Source of the DNA: Amoebophrya sp. A120
Taxonomy: Eukaryota > Protista > Dinoflagellata
NCBI GenBank assembly: GCA_905178155.1
Contig: CAJINV010000004.1
Span: 10,001,546 to 10,065,545 of the forward strand
Length of the DNA stretch: 64,000 bases
Reading direction: 5' to 3'
How positions within the stretch are numbered: the first letter of the stretch is position 1; each line of letters starts with the position of its first letter. The position numbers and the translations under genes are program-made. The notes beneath the pieces are model-generated. The model searched no databases, was not told the origin of the DNA, and saw only the letters and a program-made list of their open reading frames with translations. Shown here piece after piece: positions 1 to 12,000 of the stretch.

Positions 1-15
1 CTTTTGCATTTCATA
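1..15. mobile_element. Right end of an introner truncated by the window edge
   Basis: CTTTTGCATTTCATA matches the right TIR end of other copies (e.g. ..TTTTGCATTTCATA at 14331). Coding frame resumes immediately after. Confidence 0.7.
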
Positions 16-3000
16 TTCCGGTGGAAACAACAAAAATATTAAAACAAATAGCAGCAGCAGGAACAGGAACAAAGAGCCGCCCACATCCAAATCCAAGTCC
101 CCGAAAGCACGCCCAGCCGCGCCGCCCGACACCTGGGGCCCGGTGCGCAGTCGCGTTTCGGGCAGGATGGGGAGCAAGGAGCGGGTCGGTCTGCGGGATC
201 GTGATCGAGGACCACGTGATGCAGGTCCGCCAACTGCTTTGACGTCGCGGGGTGCAGCTGCCGGAAGACGGCGATCGCGCTCGCGGTCCAGGGGCGACCG
301 GAATGTTGACACGAGACGGAGTAGAAACTACCTTTCGACGCGGCCTGCAGAGGTTCCTAGAAGAGGAGGTCCAGCACGTGGTCCACCTGAGCGGACGACC
401 AGGACCAGCCGCGAGCGGGGGAGAAATAAAGACTCCGGTCGCGGAGCTGCTCCACCGCCGGCGAAGAATGCCCCGCGGAGGTCGAGGTCCCGGTCGAAGA
501 GAGGGCGGGATGGCCAAAATGGCCAAGATGACCGTCGTGATGAACCACGACGCGCAGCAGGTGGAACGGAAAAAAGAGACCCGGCCAAAAAGAAAGACCT
601 ACCGGAGATAGAAAGACCGGGTACAACAACGACCGTCGACGGACGGAGGAAGGGAGGGAGAAAGAGGAGCTCCAGTTCCGAGCAACGGGCAGTGAATAAA
701 GTTAAAGACTCCCGGAAGCAGGACGAGAATAAAGTTGTGAGGAACCGTGGTAAAGGTGAACAAGAGCCACCGCTCTCTCCTCCTCGCCGACCAGATACAA
801 CAACACGAGCTGGCGACCACCTATCCTTTGCAAAAGTACCGTACAACTCGTATAAATGCAAGTCTTGCATTACAAATATTTTTCTTAAAGTAAATCAGCA
901 TGACAAATTTCATTTCTACTCATGCTGAGAAAATTTGAATTTCTAATGCTTTTCAACGAGTACGATACTTTTGCAGTTCATACCACCGGGACGAGCAGCG
1001 CAAAACCCAGAAGGAAGCTACCCGACGACAAGTCGTGTCGTCTCGCGATCGGGCACAACAAACTCGAGGCAAACAAGACAGCAAGCGGGATATAATTACT
1101 GGGCGAAATAAGCCTGATGGTGTGCAACGGGACGAACGCGCCAGGACGGAAAAAGATAGAGGCAAGGAGAAGGGCACAATCGAAAGAGCAAGTGGGCGAG
1201 TAGATCACGGAGCAGAAGATGTTGTCAGGCGTGCTGCCCGGTCCCGTAGTCCCATTTCCCGTCGTGATGTTGCAAAAGGGAAAGACACCAGAGCATCTCA
1301 GCGTCGACGTGCAGATGATGAAAACAACAACAACAAGGCTCGTGTTGACAACAAGACAGCCACGACTGAAAATGAAAATCGAGATCCACCGCAGCGAAAT
1401 AGAAGAAGCCCAGTGAAACCATCACCAGAGGAGGAACAACTTGACAACAAGAAAAACTATGAATTGCAAAAGTATCGTACTCGTATACATGCATTACAAA
1501 TTTCCTCAGCATGAGAAATAAAATTTGTAAATGCTGATTTACTCTAAGAAAAAGATTTGTGATGCATGACTGCAATTACTACGAGTACGATACTTTTGCG
1601 CAGGATAAAAACAAAACCACTACGACCGGGAGCCGTCGCATGGACGACAAGATCGCTGCGAAAATTGCGATATGCATTGCAAAAGTATCGTACTCGTAGT
1701 TGTAATTGCAGTCATGCATCATGACAAATCTGGTTCCTTAGCTCATTCAGAATAGCAAATTCCATTTTGCCTTCTGGCAAAATTTGTAATGCTATCTCTA
1801 CTAGTACGATAGTTTTGCAATGCAAATGCGACCAAGAAGCAGCAAGAGAGCAGCTCTTCCTCAGATGAATCGTCGTCGTCGGACTCGGAGGATAATTCCT
1901 CATATCCACAGAAAAAAAACCATCCACATCAAATTTGTCATGCCAAACACGCATAAAGTCCACTATTTGTCATGCAAAAAATGGATGGGGGTGCGATGGA
2001 TGTTTTTTCGTGGATTCCCTAAGCTCCTCCTCTCCAAGCGCACGGAGGACCAAGCAGAAGAAAGAACCAGCTAGCGTAGACGAGCAGAACGGGAACAAGA
2101 AGGATGCCAAGATGAGGGCCGCTGACGGGTCAGCGAGGAACAACAACAGTAGAAACAACAGGGAACAACGGCAAGTTGCTGGTGCAAAGACGACTGTCCG
2201 GCGCGAGAATTTATCCGAAAATAAGCCAAGACCGAGAAAAGACGAAACGCGAGAGGACGAAAACAATGCTCTTTACAGCCGAGGACGTCGTGGTCGACGT
2301 TCCAGCAGCCGTGACCGCAAGAACACAAGAAATAAAGTTCTTGCGCCGACGTCCTCTCTGCAAATCAAGGCGAATCATGATGATCCACCGCGCGAGGAGG
2401 TGGGTGACGCACCACGTCAAAACGACACCGTTCTTAACCAGCAGAATATCAAGAAGGCCGACCTTCGACGTCCACGCCGAAGTAGGAATCAGTCACGCTC
2501 CCGCAGCCGCGAGCGACAAAGCGACAAGGTTGATGTTGTGCTAGCGAAAAGGACAACAACTGCTGGAGCTACGATTAGCCTGAAACCAGCTGCAGCTGCG
2601 GGAAAAGACGAGGTCGTCCATCAGCAGCGCCGGAGAATTTCGAATTCTAGGGCTCGGAGGAGCGTGGATTGGCGTTTCGCGGAGGAGGATCATGCTAGTA
2701 ACAGGATAGTTGTAGCAGGGGACGACGATCGCAGGAACTACAACCGCAGAACAAGTGACAGGGAAGTAGAGCGTGCAGGACTCCAACATGTCGAATTGAA
2801 AAGACCTGGCTCCACTACCGGAGCCGTTGATCTTCGAAAGAAGAATCCAACAACACAACTGATTTCAAAACGGGAGGAACTACAACTACGTCGAGATGAT
2901 GGTCACGAGTCTGTGATCGTGCTCCGCTCGAAAAAAAGTGCGGAAAGGGACCCCATCTCCACGAAAAAAAATGCAGGAAAGTTAGTTCCTGCAAGCAGTG

Positions 3001-3725
3001 CGAGTGCGGCTGTGGTCCTCCTCCCCCGGAGTAAATCCAATCCCCCGCCAAGCCCGAGCTTGTTCAATAGTCGTGGTGATTTTGATCCCCCGTCAAGGAC
3101 ACCAGCAGCTAAGATAAAGAAGCCGAAGCTGGTTGCGCGGAAAGATGTTGCTGCGGTGCGGGAGAATGAAACTGAGAGCAGAAACAAACCATCGCTGATT
3201 CTAAAGCAATGGTCGAAGGACTCGCGCGACTGGGAAGAAAATGAGTGGCAGAAGCCGGATAGCCCTCGAGGTGGCCCACGGCAGAAGCCTGACCACAGTC
3301 TTGATGCTGTTCCACCACCCGGAGAGCAGCTTTTTTCTGTGAAAATTAGCAATATCACGCAGCATGTCACCGACTTCGGGATCGAGCGGGTGTTTTCCCA
3401 GTTTGGGAAGGTCAGAGACGTTTACATCCCGAAGGTTTTCAAAACGGGCCGGAACAAATCCTTCGCGTTTGTCCGCTTTGCAAAGAAGAAAGAGGCGGAG
3501 AAAGCGGTGCGACAAACCGGGACCGTGGTGTTGGACAATGTGAAAGTGGATCTCTGTGTCGCGAAATTCGGCAGGCAGGATGGGACGGTGAACGATGTAG
3601 TTCCAGGCGAAGAGTACGACTATGGTGCAGGAGCTCCCCCAGAATCCTGGCAGCAGCAGGAAGGGTATTGGGAGGACGAGGATTGGGACGATGATGAAAT
3701 GGAGTACTCCCAGATACTTAATTAG
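16..3725 (+). CDS. SR-related protein with C-terminal SC35/SRSF2-like RRM (5'-partial, at least 5 exons)
   Basis: Exons <16-821, 988-1457, 1613-1670, 1832-1902 and 2022-3725 join in frame after removing each introner plus 5 nt. RRM at ~3333-3575 (FSVKISNI..VFSQFGKVRDVYIP..KSFAFVRF..AEKA..VLD..VAKFGR) resembles the SRSF2 RRM. The N-terminus is R/S/D-rich low-complexity. Confidence 0.8.
822..982. mobile_element. Introner family A
   Basis: TAT..ATA TIR, TSD CCACC/CCACC; removing 166 nt restores the frame. Confidence 0.9.
1458..1607. mobile_element. Introner family A (opposite orientation to 822)
   Basis: TSD AAAAC/AAAAC; TIR TAT-N4-TGCAAAAGTATCGTACTCG. Confidence 0.9.
1671..1826. mobile_element. 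Introner family A-like
   Basis: TSD TGCGA/TGCGA; right end mutated ATA>AAA. Confidence 0.85.
1903..2016. mobile_element. Degenerate introner
   Basis: TIR TATCCAC.GAAAAAA..CATCC / GGATGTTTTTTCGTGGATT; TSD CCTCA/CCCTA; element+5 restores the frame. Confidence 0.7.
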
Positions 3726-4554
3726 CGGCCCTTTCATAAGTCCGGACATTTCACTCCTTGCCACATACCAAAGATTTTAAATATATAAATCGGAACGTGT
3801 CCAGGAGCTGCGTCTGCAGCTACTCGCTCTTGTGCAGCAGGCGCGCTTCCTTTAGTTCCGTACAACAAAAGAAGCAAGAGGCTTGTTCACAAGGAGCCTA
3901 CGCTTTATCAGTGGCGTAGGCTTCTGAAGCAGCTTGCACAGGGAAATAACGCGACAGAAGAAGTAGAAACAGCCAGCCAAAAAAAGCTCTCGACAGCTTG
4001 GAAACTTTAGTCCCCGTCGGCTGCCACCCAATGCAGTGCGCCGGGCGGCTTTGGTGTTTGTGTTTCCGTATAATAAACCACGCAAGTGTGTTGCGCATTT
4101 GCGACGCCTGTTCCTTTGTCTATCGGCGCCGCATCTGCAACACCTTGCACAGTGTAGGCATCAGGAATACACAAACACGCCAAAACAAGAAGACTGATAG
4201 TCCGCACATTTCTACAGGCTGTTACTGTGTAGGCGCGCGCAGTGTAGTAAGTAAGCGGGCAGCTCTCGTTCTGGACCTGGATGCGCCACGCTGCGCTGTA
4301 CTGACTCACTACTCAGGTGAGCGCTTCGGAGTGTTACGCGGGGACCGCTGCTCTGCGGGGGGACTGCTGGATGGAAGCCTAGGAGAAAAATTTGCGCGGG
4401 GAGTATTGGGGCATGAATTTCGAGTAAGCAGCCCTCTGAAACGCACCAAAGCAGTGCGCGCGTACCTAAACGTAGAAAATAGGTGGACAAGCAGCGTAGA
4501 TAGGTTGCAATGCTCGGGGGCTCGCTGGATATATTGGCACTGTAGGCAAAATAA

Positions 4555-4765
4555 AAAAAGCCCGGGTAGGAAAAATGCATTTTGCGTTTTTTCCTACCCG
4601 GGGTTTTTATTTTCAAAACCCCGGGTAGGAAATATTTATCCGCTGCTCTGCACGTCTGTGAGGGTGATAACAGCTGATAAATATTTCCTACCCGGGGTTT
4701 TGAAAATAAAAACCCCGGGTAGAAAAAGTTCAAAACTCATATTTCCTACCCGGGCTTTTTATTTT
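4555..4765. repeat. Nested inverted-repeat block built from CCCGGGTAGG/CCTACCCGGG motifs
   Basis: TTTTTATTTTCAAAACCCCGGGTAGGAAATATTTATC (~4604-4640) has a perfect inverted copy at ~4676-4712, with further outer arms. Confidence 0.8.
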
Positions 4766-4766
4766 C

Positions 4767-5440
4767 AAAACCTCGTATAGCCCCTCCGAAATCTGGGCGG
4801 CGCGGCAGCGCCGCGAAAATTTTTTTTTTGGATCGTGGAGAGCTACGTGAGGTTTTGAAAACCAAAACCTCGTATAGCCCCCTCGAAATTTGGGCGGCGC
4901 GGCAGCGCCGCGAAGATTTTTTTTTTTGTTCGCGGAGGGCTATGTAAGGTTTTGAAAACCAAAACCTCGTATTGCCTCCTCGAAATTTGGGCGGCGCGGC
5001 AGCGCCGCGAAGAATTTTTTTTTGGTTCGCGCATAGCTATGTGAGGTTTTGAAAATCAAAACCTCGTATAGCCCCCTCGAAATTTGGGCGGCGTAGCAGC
5101 GCCACGAAAAGTATATTTCCTACCCGGGCTTTTTATTTTCAAAACCTCGCATAGCCCCTTCAAAATCTGGGCGGCGCGGCAGCGCCGCGAATATTTTTTT
5201 TGGTTCGCGGATGGCTATGTGAGGTTTTGAAAGCCAAAACCTCGCATAGCCCCCTCAAAATTTGGGCGGCGCGGCAGCGCCGTGAAGAAAGTTTTTTGGT
5301 TCGCGGAGGGCTATGTAAGGTTTTGGAAACCAAAACCTTGGATACCCCCCTCAAAATTTGGGCGGCGCGGCAGCGCCACGAAGAAGTTTTCTTGTTTTGG
5401 TTCGCGGAGGGCTATGTCAGGTTCCGAAAACCAAAACCCC
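4767..5440. repeat. Tandem array of a ~97-bp self-complementary unit (~7 copies)
   Basis: Unit AAAACCTCGTATAGCCC..GGGCGGCGCGGCAGCGCCGCGAA..TTCGCGGAGGGCTATGTGAGGTTTT starts at 4767, 4864, 4961, 5058, 5141, 5236 and 5332. Confidence 0.85.
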
Positions 5441-5603
5441 TTTTAGGGCTCAGGGGGTCGCATCGGGTAAGTCGCGCCAACGTGCGGGCGCAGGGGCTGC
5501 AGCGCTGCATTTGGTTTCTACCGTGACCGTCAGTGGTGTGGGCCAGAATGTGAAAAGTCATTTGACCTATGACCCTTATGCAAGGGCCGCTAATTACGTC
5601 ATA

Positions 5604-6445
5604 CAGAGTACGCTGACTGGGACGAATCGGAGATGCGCCGGTGGAGGACTCGGACACGGAGGGATATCCAAAGCAAAAGTATCGTTACTAAGTACAAACT
5701 GCATCAGAAATTTCATTCCCAACCAGAGCAAAAACGCAACTCGTCATGCTAGTTCAGGTAGAAGTAGCTTTTAGCTTAGGACTGTCATGCGTAAGTGCAA
5801 TTACTACGACTACGATCGATGCTTTTGCAATGCATAATTGAACGCAGGGAACGAAAGGCCTTGAGGGAACAGACGGAAAGTGAGGAAGTATGGGGCACAA
5901 AGAACAAGAAATCGAAGCCGCTGAAGAACAACGCCGCGCAGCGGAATAATAAAAAAGGAGCGCGGAATAACATTCCCCCGGGCGCGCAGACATGCATTGC
6001 AAAAGTATCGTACTCGTACAGCAGTCATGCATTACAAATCTTTTTCTTTAGGTAGATTCGCACTATAAATTTTATTTCTCATGCTGAGGAAATTTGTAAT
6101 GCATTCATACGAGTGCGAGACTTTTGCAGTTCATAGCAGAATTACAGTGACAATGAGGAATTTGCGGAGGAGCAGGTGAAGCGCGAGAGGAGGGAGAAAA
6201 GGTTTGGCGCGCCGGGTGCTGCTGTTGTGGATATAACAGCGAAATATGTTGGACGAAACACCAATCGTCCTCCCGCCGCGTCGTCCTCTTCCGGGAGTCG
6301 GGGTGAGAACCAGAATTACAGTCGGGAAGATGAGATGAATCCACAGCAGTCAATCCCGTCACACGATGAGAATGACGAGGACGAAGGGTTTATTTCAAAC
6401 TTCGATGACCACCTGCCTCCAAGCGATCTACCGCTTGCCTACTAG
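5604..6445 (+). CDS. Small hypothetical protein (5' end uncertain; possible ATG at 5633)
   Basis: Exons ~5604-5664, 5842-5990 and 6141-6445 join in frame across two introners; stop TAG ends at 6445. No recognisable domain. Confidence 0.45.
5665..5836. mobile_element. Degenerate introner, family A-like
   Basis: TAT..GCAAAAGTATCG / CGATGCTTTTGCAATGCATA; TSD AGGGA/ATTGA. Confidence 0.7.
5991..6135. mobile_element. Introner family A
   Basis: TSD GCAGA/GCAGA; left end TAT>CAT. Confidence 0.85.
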
Positions 6446-7402
6446 AAGGAACAAGTATTCGCTCGTATGAATAAGAATCAGAATGTACATACTAGTACAA
6501 CTAGCGATTTGAAGATGTGAAAAACTTCCTAGCGACACGGCCTTACAACTTCATCAGGAACCGAACGACAAGCACGTGCTCGAACATGTGTTGGAATTTG
6601 ATTTGCAACAACCAAACAAAAAGGGCGCCCGCATCTGTAAAACGCGTATTTGGTAGTTTTGAAAAAATCACATCCAGAAGCTGCGAGGGCAAACTCGCTT
6701 GCAGCGGTGTTTTGCTGCAGTCACGTTTTTTGTTCGTGTCTTGAAGTCCATGAGATACCGTCTCACATTTTTGAACGCAATATGAAAAAGTCAATGCGTT
6801 AATGGTACTTCTTACGGTCCATGGTTGGTGTGCTGCATCGGCACCGAGACAGAATAGTTTTGTCAAAAACGAAGATCCATCTGGCACATCAAGCCGTGTT
6901 GAACGTGAAGTAGAGGTCAACATTTCGAGCTGATCCTGGTCCTCCGTGGCACAACCTCCTGTGCCTAAAGATGCTCCGCCTGCACCTTTTTGCTTTGCGG
7001 TGCTACTGCTGAAGAACATAATTTCGTTGAATTTTTGCAGCAAACTCTCGAACTTTTCGATTTTTTTTTTGCGGCGTACATAGCACGCCGACCGGTAGTA
7101 CTACTACAAAAAGGGATGAATAACTTATGCCCGAAGAGGCTTAGCATAGTCCATCCCTCGCACTGCTGTTGCGTCAGCAGATGCGGCGACAGGCGTGGCG
7201 TTCGCGGGGACCTCATGGCGAGGCTAGTTAGTTTTGCATGGCGGTCTGCGTGACTGCATCGCCGTGGCCGCCACCATAGGCCTGCTCGTGTAGTACATTC
7301 CGCGTAGCGCCCACCTTCGACGACCTACAAATATTCGTAGCGCGGAAGCCCACTGTGCGGATCAGTGGCACTAGTAGCGCCTTAGACACCTCGGCCAAAA
7401 AA

Positions 7403-8241
7403 NNNNNNNNNNNNNNNNNNNNNNNNNNNNNNNNNNNNNNNNNNNNNNNNNNNNNNNNNNNNNNNNNNNNNNNNNNNNNNNNNNNNNNNNNNNNNNNNNN
7501 NNNNNNNNNNNNNNNNNNNNNNNNNNNNNNNNNNNNNNNNNNNNNNNNNNNNNNNNNNNNNNNNNNNNNNNNNNNNNNNNNNNNNNNNNNNNNNNNNNNN
7601 NNNNNNNNNNNNNNNNNNNNNNNNNNNNNNNNNNNNNNNNNNNNNNNNNNNNNNNNNNNNNNNNNNNNNNNNNNNNNNNNNNNNNNNNNNNNNNNNNNNN
7701 NNNNNNNNNNNNNNNNNNNNNNNNNNNNNNNNNNNNNNNNNNNNNNNNNNNNNNNNNNNNNNNNNNNNNNNNNNNNNNNNNNNNNNNNNNNNNNNNNNNN
7801 NNNNNNNNNNNNNNNNNNNNNNNNNNNNNNNNNNNNNNNNNNNNNNNNNNNNNNNNNNNNNNNNNNNNNNNNNNNNNNNNNNNNNNNNNNNNNNNNNNNN
7901 NNNNNNNNNNNNNNNNNNNNNNNNNNNNNNNNNNNNNNNNNNNNNNNNNNNNNNNNNNNNNNNNNNNNNNNNNNNNNNNNNNNNNNNNNNNNNNNNNNNN
8001 NNNNNNNNNNNNNNNNNNNNNNNNNNNNNNNNNNNNNNNNNNNNNNNNNNNNNNNNNNNNNNNNNNNNNNNNNNNNNNNNNNNNNNNNNNNNNNNNNNNN
8101 NNNNNNNNNNNNNNNNNNNNNNNNNNNNNNNNNNNNNNNNNNNNNNNNNNNNNNNNNNNNNNNNNNNNNNNNNNNNNNNNNNNNNNNNNNNNNNNNNNNN
8201 NNNNNNNNNNNNNNNNNNNNNNNNNNNNNNNNNNNNNNNNN
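7403..8241. other. Assembly gap (N run)
   Basis: 839 consecutive N. Confidence 1.
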
Positions 8242-9049
8242 ACGCGCAAAGCCAATCCGCATGCTATGGGCCCGGTTTTTCTTCGCTTTTTGGGCGCCCC
8301 CCGTGGCACCCGGATCGGCCCCATAGCATCGGGGCTGGCTTTCGGAAAGGAATTTTGGAAATGTGCCAAAATTTGCGACGTTTCCCAAGTGGCCGCCATA
8401 CCGTGCGGCATAACGTTACTCACGGTGGTATGGCGGGCCCATAAAAAGCAAAGCCGCGGCCAAGGCTGCGGCCGGCAAAAAAACGCCCACGACCTCACTA
8501 CCCCCGCCCCGGCGGCTATATTTGGTGTTACGCATTCAGACAGTAGCATTTCCGGTCTGCTTTCTCTCTCTCTCTCTAGTACTGCAACAGCTTTTGGATT
8601 TGGCGACCACGAGGACGAGCATGATGAAGATCCCGGACGATTACATAATTTCATCCAGCAGCGATTTCGATTTAGTAATGTGCTATTCAAGAAGAAACAA
8701 ATTTTTACACTAAACTTCTATATCTACAACTACGTACTTGCTTATCGGTTGCCTAGTACCCGCCAAGCCTTTCTGCAGAAGTTGTTCCCGCACGTAGAGG
8801 TCCTCCTCTTTCTGCGATTCGGGATCCATCTTCAGGGTACTAGACGAGGACAACAGCTCCGACTGAATTTATTCATCAAATTTTTCAAATCATTTCTCTA
8901 CAACTGCGATCGAATATTAAGCGCTTCTCTTCAGAAATACTGACTCGAGTACAAGAATACTTCTAGCAGCTGTTTTATTTTGATTTTCGCCTGCTATGAA
9001 GTTGTCAAAAACAAAATAACCCCATTTTTAGTTTGACTTGCTCACCACC

Positions 9050-12000
9050 ATGTCGGACCACGAGGAGGATTTTTTCAACCTCGGAGGCCCCACCGCCGGC
9101 CTCGATTTCGATTTGGATGCCGAGCTCGAAGCGGAGGCGAAAAAAGAGGAGGAAGACGAGAAGAAGCAGTTGAGGTTGCAACAAGAGCGACTGGAAGAGG
9201 AACGACGGCAAGACGAACAAGCGGCTGCGCGCGCTGCGGCGGAAGCGCAAGCGGCAGAGGAAGAAGAACAGCGAAAGCAAGCTGTTGAGCTTGAAGACGA
9301 CAACATTTTTCCGCCGGAAGAACAAGAAGTTCACGCAGCGGCTTCGGGAGAAGATGCTGGTGCTGCACCTCCTCCTTTGCCGGCGTCGTCTGCTGAAGAA
9401 GCTGATCAGGATCATGAGGGAGAACGAGATGCTCCCGGCCGTCCGTCTGTCAACTCCACGTCATTTAGCAAGGCGGGAAACAACAACAAAAGTAGGGTTT
9501 CTGTCCCGGGTTTTACCGCGTCGAAAGCGGCAGCTCCTTTCGCCACAAAGAGCTCGGCTCCGAGTTCGAAGGCGAAGCCGGGTGGTGCGGCTGCAGCTGC
9601 TGCTTCGGGTGAGGTACTAGATGGAAATAAGGCCAAGAAAACCTCTACAACCTCTAGCTCTGTCGTCCTGCGCCCCCGCGAGGGGGCCCCAGGAGGCGGA
9701 GTGAAGAGTCCAACCTCCGGTGGGGGTGCTGGAAAAGATAAACCAGATGCGATTGCAGGCTCCTCTTCTCGTCCTCTGGTACTGAAACCCAGGAAGGATG
9801 TGGAGAGAGAGGAGTCCTCTGGGATGTTAAAGCGAACGGTTTCCGAGCAGGACCAACCAACTCCGGCTTCATCCTCTGGAAGGCGACAGCCGCCACCGAA
9901 AGTGAAAGTTGACTTAAGACCGAAAAGTACAACTACGGGTCGGGATAGTGGTCGAGAACATGAAAGGGTAGAAAAAGATGAGAAAGCCTCACAAAGAACT
10001 GCTGGTGCCTCGTCAAAGGAGGAAAAAACTGCGCAACATGACCGTGATTCCGGGGAGGTCGTACAAGGAAATATTAAACAGGTGGATCTCCGCCCGCGGT
10101 ACCGCGAATCTGGGGAAATGAACGATAAAACCGGTAGAGTGGAATTGAAGCCCAATGCTGCGAAAAAGAAGGAAAAGGACCAACAGGACAAGATTACGAA
10201 AGCGTTGCTGGAGAAGAAAGAAATCGGTCCTCCGGTCAGAATGACCAGTGCCTATGGGTACGATACGAAAAAGGAATCAGCGAATCAGGACAATAAAGAC
10301 AAGGAGAGAAAGAAAGACAAAGAACTACGTGGTGTTGAGAATACTAAAAGTGCAGCAGCGACAACACAGTCATCCACTAAAAAGGTCATCGCTTCTGGTC
10401 TCCCGACGGTGTCCTCTGCAGCTTCTGCCGGTTTGATTCCAAACACGAAATTCCCAGATCCGCTCCCGAAAGCTTCGTCGTCGATGAAAGCTGCAGTGGG
10501 CAACAACCCATTCCGCAGCGCCAGCAGCTCTTCCGGAAGCGGCAGTGCAGCCGGGCCGGCGGACGAGAAATTTTACGAAGGTGGAGAAAGACGTTTGAAG
10601 AACCAAAAACATCCATCTCGAGAACAGGAAGGTCCTACGAAGCGAGGCGTCGACGACGAGGTTGCGCGAAATACGGCGAGGGCGCTGAAGTTAAAAACCA
10701 GTCGGGGAAGGGAGAAGGAGCAGCTCGCGTTTTCGACCGCGTTCAGCTCCGTCGTGATTCTGAAAGAGGACGAGGAAGAGTCCGGTCCGCTGGCCTCGTA
10801 CCCGTTCTTAGCAGGGGCGTCCGCGTCGTCTTCGGGTGGCGAGGAGAAGCATGTCCGGCCAGAAGATGGAGAACGAGAAGTAGAACACCGTCGTCGTACT
10901 CGGGACGATAGGGGTAAAAGCACCAGAACGAGGGATAAAGAAGAAAACAAGCTCACGAAGAAATTGGACAGTCCGCTGGAGGATCTGATACCCGGCGCTG
11001 GTAAGAGCGACAGTAGGGAAAAGCGCCGCGGCTCCCGCTCTTCCTCAAGAGTGCTGTCGCGTGAGCGCCGCAGGAGACGCTCTTCCTCCCGCCGCAGGTC
11101 GACTAGGCGGCGCCGGAGATCGTCTTCGCATAAGGAGAGGTCACGAGACCGCGGTGGGAGGGTCGGGAAGCGGGATGCTGACACCAAGGTTGACGATCCC
11201 AAAGTAAATAAAAATGCGGAGCTGAAGAAAGAGAAAACAGCCAAGAAAAGCAGGAGTCGCAGCAGAATCCGAGAACTACGGGATAATAGGGAAAGGAAGA
11301 GAAGCAGATCGCCGAAAGATGTGGGTAGAAGAAGCCCGTCGAAAAGGAAGGAAAATCAAGGGACCACCAGTTCTAAGTGGGACAGCAAGGAAAAGGTGAA
11401 AGAGTCAGCGACCGCTCAGCATCTGAACAGGGCACCGCCGGATTCTTCTTCGACTGCGGCTTATGAAAGTGCACAACTCCTCCTCCCCCTCATTTGTATT
11501 TGCTGAACAGCAATACAAGCGTCAGCAAGAATACAGGTTTTGCATGATAAATTTGGAGAGGATTGTAGTGCTGCTTGGGCTGCCAGAAGTTGTAATGCAA
11601 GCAGTGCCAAAAGCCAAGGCGTAAATTAGACATTTTGCATGACAAATGAGGGGGAAGGGGAGTTGTGCACTGTCATACGGCTGCAGTCGGTAGTTCTACA
11701 ACTTCCGCAAAGCAGCTCGAGAAGACGGCCTCTTCGAGATCTGTCGGAGAAGGAGGTGGAGTGGATGCTGCGATGAAAATGCAGGAGCAAGAGAAAAAGC
11801 AAAAGGCCGTGGCCGCGAAGGGGAACAAAAACAATCAGAAAGAGGAACAACAAAAATCAACTTCCAAAAAACTACCGGCGGCCCCCAGCCCCACAGAGAC
11901 TATCAAGAGCGCCGACCCATCGAAACCGGCGGAGCCGCCGAAACAGTGGCTTTCAGCAAAGCGAGAACCCACACCGAAAATAAAGCAACGCGACCCAAGT

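Noticed and set aside
5568-5603. 36-bp mini-introner TATGAC..GTCATA
   Set aside because: Only a 6-bp IR, no TSD, and no upstream exon to test the frame.
7228-8690. ORFs of 323-439 aa spanning the N run
   Set aside because: Artefacts of the assembly gap.
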